The position numbers and the translations under genes are program-made. This document shows, one piece after another, positions 42,401-53,352 of a stretch of 64,000 nucleotides of DNA. Below the pieces are notes generated by a model, which had not been told where the DNA came from, ran no database searches, and was given only the letters and a program-made list of their open reading frames with translations. This DNA is from Mytilus trossulus. Lineage: Eukaryota. The first letter of the stretch is position 1. Each line of letters begins with the position of its first letter. The stretch lies in assembly GCF_036588685.1 (NCBI RefSeq), contig NC_086382.1, positions 73,718,001 through 73,782,000 on the forward strand. Reading direction: 5' to 3'.

Positions 42401-43176
42401 CATTACAGTTTTTAAAATGGCTAAGTGAGACAAATCGAGTACAGGATATCTTAGATCTGACATGTGAAACTGAAAAGGCTTCCAAAAGGTTTATGTCTGA
42501 AGTTATTTCTAATCTAAAGACATTTGAGATGTCATGCCAAACTAAATTCTGGTTGCCGTTTGCCGTGTCTATAACCTCCATTATCATACTTGCTATGATA
42601 TTAACCGTCGTATTCTTTCGATATAAATATGCTGTTGAGTACTTTTTACTGAGATTCAAACTGAAAATGAAAAATTACAATGAATTGCAACAGGAATTTA
42701 TTAATGATGCCTTTATATCATATAGTCACACAGATTTGTTATGGGTAAAACAGTTTTATGACAGGGTAAACAGTATGGGCTTCGAATTATGTCTGGACGC
42801 CAAGGACTTTATTGCTGGTGAAAGTATAGCAGTAAATGTAATAAATGCAATCGATTCCAGCAGAAAGGTTATATTTATTATAACTCACGATTTCTTAAAG
42901 AGTAGTTGGGGGTCATATGAAATGGAAATGACCCGTATGCATGCTTTCCAGAAAGGAAGAGAAGATATGGTAATTGTTGTTGTGAAGGATAATATTAAGA
43001 TAGCAGATATGCCGGATGTGATGAAGAATATGTGGTTTAAAATTACATGTATCAAATGGCCGAACGATGACAACTTGCCATACAATACGGAGGAAATATT
43101 TTATGAAAAGATAAAAATGTCTCTCCAAAGGAGGGAGGATACTACTTTACTGTATTCTAGGAATTCAGTTGTATAG
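39492..43176 (+). CDS. TLR-D: intact single-cysteine-cluster Toll-like receptor, 820 aa (exons 39492-39543 and 40766-43176)
   Basis: Signal exon MHIIKIIFLWIVTALQE-T|gtaagt (phase 1); acceptor tttttgcag|40766 in frame with ORF 40834-43176; LRRNT, LRRs, LRRCT, TM and TIR uninterrupted. Confidence 0.95.
39940..40502. mobile_element. TTAA-flanked non-autonomous DNA transposon (Kolobok-like) in the TLR-D intron
   Basis: TTAA|aggggcactagc ... gcaatgccct|TTAA with imperfect TIRs. Confidence 0.55.
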
Positions 43177-43404
43177 AGCCTTTGTCATCATTTCATAAAT
43201 ATAGAATATTAATAAGTATTATGTCTATAAGTTGGAATCAAGAGTACGCTTTTCCTCAAGGCTTTTGTTATGATAAAGCAAAGAAAAATTCAAGCAATGC
43301 TACATTTCGCTATAAGTATTTTCCTTTAATAAAAATAAGGTTCAGAGGGCATGTTCAGAGTATTGATTGAAACAATTGTTACGTTTAATGTAAGATGCTT
43401 TTGA

Positions 43405-44370
43405 TTTCTTGATTGACAACATATTTGTTACGTTCGGAGGACGTGTTTTCAACAGACTGTCGGCATCCCAATGGGAACAAACTTGCCCCTCTACTTGCTG
43501 ACTTGTTTCTTTATTATTATGAGACTGATTTCATGCAGGAACTTCTTAGGAAGAAAGATAAGAAGTTTGCAATATCCTTTAACTCTACTTTCCGCTATAT
43601 AGATGACGTTCTTTCACTAAACAATTCAAAATTTGGTGACTATGTGGATCGCATCTATCCCATCGAATTGGAGATAAAGGATACTACAGATACAGTTAAG
43701 TCGGCTACATATCTTGACTTACATCTAGAAATTGACAATGAGGGTCGGTTGAAGACAAAACTTTACGACAAAAGAGATGATTTCAGCTTTCCAATTGTGA
43801 ACTTTCAATTTCTAAGTAGCAACATTCCAGCAGCACCTGCATACGGGGTATATATCTCCCAATTGATACGATATTACCGTGCTTGCATTTCCTATCATGA
43901 TTTTCTTGATAGAGGGTTACTGCTCACAATGAAGCTATTAAACCAAGAGTTCCAAATGGTGAAGTTGAAATCACCCCTTCGTAAATTTTACGGACGCCAT
44001 CACGAGTTGGTTGACCGTTATGGAATAACCGTTTCACAAATGATATCGGATATGTTCCTAACGTCGTATTTGCAATCCCCTTCCCTTCCATGAATTTGAC
44101 CTACCGAATAAGACTATTTACCGGATTTGTAATCACATAAGCAACACGACGGGTGCCGCATGTGGAGCAGGATCTGCTTACCCTTCCGGAGCACCTGAGA
44201 TCACCCCTAGTTTTTGGTGGGGTTCGTGTTGTTTATTCTTTAGTTTTCTATGTTGTGTCATGTGTACTTTTGTTTTTCTGTTTGTTTTTTTCATTTTTAG
44301 CCATGGCGTTGTCAGTTTGTTTTAGATTTATGAGTTTGACTGTCCCTTTGGTATCTTTCGTCCCTCTTTT
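43405..44370 (+). mobile_element. 5'-truncated Penelope-like family 1 element ~230 nt after the TLR-D stop
   Basis: GIPMGTN/LAPLLADLFL (frameshifted), FRYIDDVLSLNN, YDKRDDF and HHELVDRYG; conserved 3' UTR. Confidence 0.85.
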
Positions 44371-45814
44371 TAACAAGTAGCAACATATGTATTTTTTGCA
44401 AAGAAGAACCAGAGGCGGTCGCAAGTCTTTGTCATGCCCTAAATCACAGGATTTTCAAAATGACAAATATTGAACTGCCTTTGAATATTAAAATTATTCT
44501 GTTTGAAAAACTTCGAAAAAAAGAAATTGCATTTTGATAAAATAATATTGTCTGCTTAAAAATACCATATCCACCGAACAAACTTACAAGAAGTGAGGAA
44601 TACATTTGATTTAAAATCTTCTCTATAGAGTCATATAGCAAACACTGGAGCTCCTGTAATCCTATTATAAAATAAATAAAAAACACACCGGGTTTTGTTT
44701 ACCATTTTTTATTTAAACTGCACAAATAGATATTCCAAAAAACGAATTAGATTTCATTGTTCTAAGCTAATTATTTATGTTCAACCTAATGTTGCACTTT
44801 TTTAAATTCAATTGTTGTTTTTTATTTAAACTTTCCTTAGTGTGAATATGCCATTCAGTATGCTTTTGTTCATAGATTTTGTGCTACATGTAGTCTAATT
44901 GTAACAAAAAAAATTTATTAAAAAACTCAAAAATATCTTTAAGATAATCTGTTTATGCTTCTATATTTACTTTTAAACTCTTAATTTTTTTATTCTGTAT
45001 ATTTATCTGGGTTTTTCCTAATGTCCAAAATAAAACAATATTTAAGTTAAGTGGTAGCTTATTTAGGACTTTTTTATTCATACTTCTATTAAATTATTTC
45101 TAAATGTCAAATATTTTTGGACAAATCAATATTAAATAATATATTTTAGTTTTGCATTGATTTTGTATTGACATTGATTTGTGTCTTAAACTCTGTGTAT
45201 GATTATGAATGGGGCTACTGTAATTTTTAATTTTTGTTTTGTACAATGACATCATAAACACTTTATTTCAGATCATATTTCATATAAAAACAATTAGAAG
45301 ATATGGTATGACCGCAAATGAGGCAACTCTCCACAAGATTTTAACTAGAATATGCATACTTCTTTCTCACAACCACAATACCCGCACTGTAAACTGTAAA
45401 GTACTAGGGTATACACTAAAGACACGAGGTTACATTCTACTGCTTTAACATATCACGAAAAACAAACACTGCCTTAAATATAGATATAGTTTGATTGCAA
45501 ATGAGACAACACTCACCAAGAGAAAAGATGACACATAATGTCTATTAAGATATCAAAACCACTTTTCCTATGATGTGATATTTGTGTTTTGTCGTTAAAA
45601 CATTGTACATTTTTGTTAACGTATTTTAGATTTTTAAAATATTGATAATAATTGGACAATAAAGGCATAACAACCGGGTGCGGGAATTTCTCGCTGCATT
45701 GAAGACCTGTTATTGACCTTCTGTTTTTGTCTGCTTTCTGGTCGGATTGTTGTCTCTTTGATACATTCCACATTTCCATTCACATTTTTTATTCAAATCT
45801 CATTACATTTAATA

Positions 45815-46873
45815 TCTATAAAATTGAGAATGGAAATGGGCAATGTGTCAAAGAGACAACAACCCGACCGTAGAAAAAAACTACAGCAGAAGGTCACCAA
45901 CAGGTCTTCAATGTAGCGAGAAATTCCCGCACCCGGAGCCGTCCTTCAGCTGGCCCCTAAACAAATATATACTACTTCAGTGATAATGAACGCCATACTA
46001 ATTTCCAAATTGTACACAAGAAACTGAAGTTTAAATAATACAAGACTAACAAACACCAGAGGCTCCTGACTTGGCACAGGCGCAAAAATAAAGCGGGGTT
46101 AAACATGTTTGTGAGATCTCAACCCTCCCCTTATACCTCTAGCCAATGTAGAAAAGTAAACGCATAACAATACGCACATTAAAATTCAGTTCAAGAGAAG
46201 TCAGAGTCTGATGTCAGAAGATGTAACCAAAGAAAATAAACAAAATGACAATAATACATAAATAACAACAGACTACTAGCAGTTTACTGACATGCCAGCT
46301 CCAGACTTCAATAAAACTGACTGAAAGATTACGATTTTATCATATGAACATCAGGCACAACCCTTCCCGTTAGGGATTTAGTATCATACCATCATAACAT
46401 ATATGAGAAGAACATAACCCGTGTCAAGCCAACAACTGGTTTTTGAATAAATGTGTTTGGTTCCGACGCAAAGACCCTATAAATGAATCAATATTAACGC
46501 CAAAATATGCAATATTTAATGACCTGACAACAGTATTGTAGCTATATCCCGTCTTAATAAGTCTATTCAAAGGTTTTGTTAGTTTCTGAGGTGAATACTG
46601 ACATCTTTGTGCTTTATAAAGAATATTTCCATAAAAAAATGGATGTGAAATACCTGAACGTATAAGAAGTATGCATGTTGAGCTATATTTACGAATGATG
46701 TCCTTATACCGATGATAAAATTTAGTAAATACATTGACTAGTTTGTGATATCGAAAACCCTGGTGTAATAATTTTTCAGTAAAACGTAAATTTCTCTCAT
46801 TAAAATCTAAAACATTGTAACATATACGAGCGAATCGTACAAGTTGAGATATATAAACATCAAGACTTTTCAT
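45815..46873 (-). mobile_element. 5'-truncated Penelope-like (Naiad-type) element, family 2: RT C-terminus plus 3' UTR
   Basis: ORF 46424-46873 VYISQLVRFARIC...KLLHQGFRYHKL is homologous to the family 1 thumb; long repeat-like 3' tail. Confidence 0.75.
46340..46406 (-). promoter_or_regulatory. Eukaryotic type II SECIS element in the retroelement 3' UTR
   Basis: Minus strand: UCAUAU-auguu-AUGAU-GGUAUGAUACU-AAA-UCCC-uaac-GGGA-AGGGUUGUGCC-UGAU-guuc-AUAUGA, giving helix I, UGAN/NGAN quartet, 11-bp helix II, unpaired AAA and a ministem. Confidence 0.75.
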
Positions 46874-48185
46874 AAAAGAATTAACGGCTGAAACTACACC
46901 CAGGTATATAATTTGGTATCAATATTATGTATTTCAACTACATTGAATGTCCATCGCTATCTATTAAATCATTAATCATTATTTTTTTCAGACTCCTTTA
47001 GCCGTCTATTTTTTGCCCAGAGGGGTTTATTACCAATCCTTAATTTGTTACTTATTCCACATGTAAGATGTGATAAAACCATACTTGTTCCCAACGGCTA
47101 CTTAAGTTTGGATTTCTATTCAAGAATTTGAAAAGAAACTCTAGCTAAAAGAATTTGTTTTAACATGTGGAAACTTTACAGATCAGTTCATTAATTTTTA
47201 TAAATATACGTATATGTATAAAAGAAAACCTGCTACGTCCTTGGGTGAATCCATTTCATAGTTTCTAATGAAGTTAAATCCCGATAAGCGCTTTAGATGG
47301 ATAAAATGTAGTAACATTAGTAATTGTTGTTCTCTTTATTTGAGTCAAGGAAGTAGAACTATCAAAACTTGTCAATTTATTTTAACGGCTCCTATTACAA
47401 TTAAGTCATACAATATCAATTTAATGCAATTTTAACCTAATGTGTATGCGGAAGATCTAAAAGAAGAGGGACGAAAGATACCAAAAGGAACGTAAAATAA
47501 ACCACTAAAAGCAAAGCAAAACATCAAAACGGAAAGTCCCTTATCAAACAAAGAGAAAATCCATTGAAAAGTGCAACAATAAACAGCAAGTGGGATATAC
47601 ATTTAACAGATGAGAAGGTCAAAATAAGACTTCACAATCGTAATAAAATATAAACCACATACTAGTTTGATACAAAATACCAAAATAAACTAACAAAGCT
47701 AGCATGTGGCAACATGAGGCCTTGTGAACGAAAAGGGTGACGGCGGTCACTGTTAATCTGTATTCCTTTTTTTTAAATTGCCAAGAACTTTTGTACTTTT
47801 CAAATAAATGTACTTCCGTTAGTATAATTTCCTTTTTATTTCACATGCCTGTTGTCAATTGAAACTACTCACCAGGTAAAAAAAGGCAACTAAAAAATAG
47901 TAAAATACGCTTGACATGTCAGAAAGAAGTACAGACGCCACCATACCTTTGCATTTAATACGCGTTAACACATAATTATGTACAGTAAATAAAAATTGTT
48001 CCTGGCCTTGTGTTAATATTGTGAGTTAATGTGGTAATTTCTTCATTGCAGCAACATCTTATATTTTTGTTATGTTGTGTACTTTTTTTCCAGATGTATG
48101 TGTATTATATCCCTTCATTGTGTTCTTGGGCTACGGTCATTTTGTGTGTTTTTCTTTTTTGCTTATGTGCTTTGTCTTGATCGCC

Positions 48186-48333
48186 TTCGGTTTTTATTCT
48201 GTAAACATATTAAGATTGTTGATAGCTGTCCCTTTATTTTGACAATTTTATCTATTTTCGTTCGGTTTTTATTCTGTAACCATATTAAGATTGTTGATAG
48301 CTGTCCCTTTATTTTGACAATTTTATCTATTTT
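48186..48333. repeat. 75-bp tandem duplication
   Basis: ttcggtttttattctgtaa...ttttatctatttt at 48186 and 48261. Confidence 0.85.
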
Positions 48334-48608
48334 GTCCGTTTATTTTGTTCAGACATTGTTGTCCATATTATGGAATCGTAGGCGACTGTCATATAAGTTA
48401 GAGTTAGCTTTAACACCAGGTTTTTCGAACTTTAACTATATAACGAAATGCCTGTACGTAGTTTATGATATAACAGTTGTTTTTCGTTTGTTTGAAGTAT
48501 ATTTCTTTCTATAACTTAATATATATATAAAACTTTTTTTCTCATTTGGTAAGGGACTTTTACTTTTCAATGTTCATTGGAGTTCGGTATTTTGGTAAGG
48601 TTCAATTG

Positions 48609-49039
48609 AAATAGTTATCAAAGGTACCAGGATTATAATTTAGTATGCCAGACGCGCGTTTCGTCTACATAAGACTCATCAGTGACGCTCATATCGAATA
48701 AGTTATAAACCAAACAAATACAAAGTTGAAGAGCATTGAGGATCCAAAATTCCAAAAAGTTGTGCCAAATACGGCTAAGGTAATCTATGCCTGGGATAAT
48801 AAAATCCTTAGTTTTTCGAAAAATTCAAAGTTTTGTAAACAGGAAATTTATAAAAATGACCACATAATTGATATTCATGTCAACACCGAAGTGCTGACTA
48901 CTGGGCTGGTGATACCCTCGGGGACGAAACGTCCACCAGCAGAGGCATCGACCCAGTGGTGTAAATAGTTATCAAAGGTACCAGGATTATAATTTAGTAC
49001 GCCAGACGCGCGTTTCGTCTACATAAGACTCATCAGTGA
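48609..49039 (-). mobile_element. Non-LTR retrozyme: 354-nt unit bounded by two type I hammerhead ribozymes
   Basis: Repeat period 354 (48609/48963); hammerhead cores at 48645-48688 and 48999-49039; cUUCGg hairpin gtcagcac-ttcg-gtgttgac inside the unit. Confidence 0.85.
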
Positions 49040-50480
49040 AAGCCTTATCTCGAAATTAAAGAAATATGATGCAAATGTGCACCTTTATTTTTCTGTAAAC
49101 AAATTGTCATTTTATTTCCTTATTCGTCAACCAATATTATTGTTATAACGAATGTTATCATATGTTGTTTTATTTTATAAAAGCGGTATTTTGAATAAAA
49201 GAAGAAAGTATAACAGTGTAACCTGTATCATAAATGCTTACTTTAATAGACAACATAACACCTTAGACGATGTATGACCAAGTGTATTGTTCAAGCTCTA
49301 GTTACAGTCGAATGATACATCAATATCAATAGTTATCAAGGGTATCAGGATTATAATTCAATATGCCAGACGCGCGTTTCGTCTACATTAGTCTCATCAA
49401 ATCTGAAATTGCACATGGTATTAATAATGAAAACAAAGGAAAAATAACCCGGATGACTTACATCTTTTTTTATATTTATAGTATTAAAATTTAAAAAAAA
49501 ATATTCAGGGGTTTTCCCCATTACATGATTGCAACTGATGTTTATACTTTTTTACCAACTAGTAGCCTATTATAATAATAAATGCTTCCTATGAAATTTG
49601 ACTCCATAATTTAACAATTATAACGAAATGAAGGTTTAAGTCTGAAAATTGCAAAAGAAACTAACCAAAAGACCTACAGTTTCTACAACGTTGGTCGTTG
49701 AAATAAAGTTACAGTTTGTGGAATTCGAAGTTACATAATATTGAGAATGGAAATCGAGAATGTGTCAAAGAGACAAACTATGAATGTAGTGATACTAATT
49801 TGTCGTAGGAATATTCCAATAAGTGTATGTATGCATGCAACATTAACGGATAATCAACACTTTGAAAACCATGCATTATATCCACTTCATTTGAACTATA
49901 GTGAATTGTTTCTCAATAGTTATCATCCTACATCTCCTTATTTATATAATATAATGCTGAAGTAAGATGTAAAAAAAGTAAAAGTAAACTTTGCATATTG
50001 CTTTTTATGATGGTCATTAATCTTTTATAAATATGGAAAAATCAAAAATAATTCCATAATGGCCGACAAATTCTAAATGGCCGCCAACAGTCATGAGGCA
50101 GAGTCCCAAAAAATGGTATAATTGATAATTTCAAAATTAAAACACACAACTTTGCATATTGCTTGTTATGCTAATTAATCTTTTCTGAATATAGAAATAT
50201 ATCCGTAATAACAAGAATATGCATTCCATTAATTATAATGAAACTGTTGGTTTTTTTTTTTCATTTACCAAATTAAGCCAACAAGGTTTTATAATGCATA
50301 GCTACTGCGCTAACAATCTCTGTATTTACCTCCATTGTATCATTTGAGTTTTGGAAAGCCCCCAACAATGTGATATATGAATAACTATTCCAGGATCTGC
50401 AGATGTTATTTGACAGTTTATTGAAGAACTATGTCTGTACAGGTCGTCTTATCCTTGAAGGGTATAACGATATGTTTGTC

Positions 50481-51113
50481 TACCAGCCCAGTAGTCAAGA
50501 TGTCGGTGTTGACATGAATATCAATAATGTGGTTATTTTTATAAATATCATGTGTACAAAACTTTATTTTTTTTCCAAAATTTAAGGATTTTTCTCATCC
50601 ATGGCATAGATTATACCATAGCCGTATTTGGCACATTTTTTGGAATTTTGGATCCTCAGCTTTATAAATATTTTGATATGAGCGTCAGTGATAGGTCGTA
50701 TGTAGACGAAACGCGCGTCTGACGTAATAAATTATATTCCTGGTACCTTTGATAACTATTTACACCACTGGGTCGACGGCACTGCTGGTGGACGTTTCGT
50801 CCCCGAGTGTATCATCAGCCCAGTAGTCAACACTTCGGTGTTGACATGAATATCAATAATGTGGTAATTTTTGTAAATTTCCTGTGTACAAAACCTAGAT
50901 TTTTTCGACAAACTAAGGATTTTCTTATCCCAGGCAGATTACTTTAGCCGAATTTGGCACAACTTTTAGAAATTTTGATCCCTCAATGCTCTTCAACTTT
51001 GTACTTGTTTGGCTTTATTAATATTTTGATATGAGCATCACTGATGAGTCTTTTGTAGACGAAACGCACGTCTGGCGTACTAAATAATGATCTTGGTACC
51101 TTTGATAACTATT
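50481..51113 (+). mobile_element. Second retrozyme tandem array (~1.8 units), inverted relative to 48609-49039
   Basis: Period ~353; hammerhead at 51035-51078 has an intact core, the copy at ~50682 is mutated (GTGATAG). Confidence 0.85.
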
Positions 51114-53024
51114 CTTGCACTGAACTAACAGGTTCGGTGGGTTTTTTTCAGTTTGTGTATCCTTTCTTTTTCTGTGCGGTCTCAAAACGTATAGTGTATA
51201 CGAAAGCTTCCGTTTCGTAGAAACACTTGTCCTACCTAGACAATTTGATGTCTGAATGTTATGTCGTTTGTTTGACCGTGCGCGATCTGCATAGGTATTG
51301 ACGATCGTTAAATACAAATTTGTAGTAGTAGTTGTGTTACTATATATTCAATACGCCATATCCCATACGTTGTTGTCTCATTTATACACTGTTAATAACC
51401 AAGGTATTGGCAAACTGAAGGTATTTTTTAAATATTATTTATTTAACATATGTCTCAATATATACATGTAACATTCAAAACTAATATTTAACAATATTTT
51501 AATGTATGTATTGTTTATAATCAATATAATATTTTTTAAGACATAGTGCATGTTAATATAGTAGTTTATGTTAAATATGTGTGTGTCTTAAAAATAAAAT
51601 AAAATCGTACCTGCTTTGGGTTCATAGCAGTTCAAAATCCTTTTACTGCCTTAATGAATAATCGTCAAAGGTAACTTTTTTTAAAATTGTTATTACATGT
51701 ACTTATTTTATTAAGTTAAAATCAAAATATTTGCTAAAGTTAAATCTTAATATTTATATTACGGTACAAAATGTACTGCAATAGGTGCGCATTTTTTATT
51801 TTCAAAAAGCAGGCGTTACTTCCCAGTTACAACGCAGGTGTTTACTGATCATGTCTGCCTGTATATAAAATAACTTTAACAAATTGTGACTTGGATGAAA
51901 AATTATCTGAATGGTACTCGTGCTACTAATATCTTTTGTACAGATAGAGCTGATTTTCAAGCTTTTTCTATTTTCAAAACGTTTTTTTTTTACTTTGTGT
52001 ACAGTAATATACATGTATGTACAGAACAACAAAACCACAAAATTACAAGGCAGTACAGTAGACAATGAAAAGCACTAACAACTGGTTCCTCTTAAAATAA
52101 GGGCGTACAAAGAAAGACAACTGAAAGAATCTTTAAATTATTGCACACCTCTATCACAAATTTATTCAAAATCAACATATGCAGAAACTACTTGACAATG
52201 ATTGTTTGCATCAGATTAATAGTTTTGTTAATTAAGAGTCTATAAGTATTGAGAAGAAATCTGGTAATAATAAACGTGGCTTTATTTAAACAGATTAATG
52301 TATGCATAAATACCATGTTCACATGTACGTCCATTCGTGAAAAGTGGTTAGTTACATAATACTTAAAAATGTATTCACCGAAAAAAGATTAATTAAGTTA
52401 ATTTGCAAGAATTTCGTATAAATACTTTTAAAAGGAAGTAAGATATTAATTGGAATATTACGGGGCTAGCATCAAACAACAGGTTCGTAATATATAACTT
52501 TATCGTTCTTGTCGAGTGAATAAAAACATCGCTATTGTAATAAACTGGAATTAAAAGTTGGCCAACATTATTGTCTTCAATTCTTTGTTTTAAGTTTAAC
52601 TGATTGCTATTACTTTAATTTTCAGTGAACTATTTCATTTGTATTCAAGATGAGATCAATTTAACAAATTTTCCGATTTTCAAAGTACACAAAAAGGAAA
52701 ACATTTGACACGTTAGTATATCTAAAAGCATAACAGAGTACGATTTAATTCAAACGTAAAGATTTATCGTGTCCCTCATCAAATTAAATTGTATATCAAA
52801 TAAATGATGTCTAGAGACAAGAACGTAACCGTTCATATTCATTTGGGTGCTGTCTCCCTCAGAAGATTAACATAAAAACAAATATTCTGAATATAAATAC
52901 TATATATAAAAAGTGCTGTAGTATACATAAAACGTCGTTATATGATATTATTAAAAATTAATTTGATATTTGAACTTAATTGCAAATGAACACAAGGCGG
53001 GTAAGGTATCGTTTACAATGTGGA

Positions 53025-53352
53025 TAGCTAGTGCTATACAACTGCCAGTGTCAACAGCTGGTTATATACAACTTCCGACGTCAACAGCCAGTTCTATACA
53101 ACATCCGACGTCAACATACAGTGTTATACAACTTCCGACGTCAACAGCTAGTGCAATACAACTTCTGACGTCAACAGCCAGTGCATACAACTTCCGGTGT
53201 CAACAGCTAGTGCTATACAACTTCCGGTGTCAACAGATAGTACTATACAATTTCGGTGTCAACAGCCAGTGTTATACAACTTCCGGTGTCAACAGCAAGT
53301 GCTATACAACTTCCGGTGTCAACAGCCAGTGCTATACATCTTCCGGCGTCAA
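53025..53352. repeat. 30-bp minisatellite (~11 units) derived from the kinase stop-codon region
   Basis: Unit acaacttccggtgtcaacagc(c/t)agtgctat; on the - strand it reads LTPEVV*HWL. Confidence 0.9.

Noticed and set aside
16931-43128. Many minus-strand ORFs inside the TLR exons (e.g. 41616-42233, 25520-25915)
   Set aside because: Antisense shadows of the TLR frames with no domain signature; they recur only because the paralogs are similar
49508-49519. NF-kB-like GGGGTTTTCCCC
   Set aside because: Single motif far from any mapped promoter, with no conservation among paralogs
53025-53352. CRISPR-like appearance of the 30-bp repeats
   Set aside because: No unique spacers or cas genes; eukaryotic context
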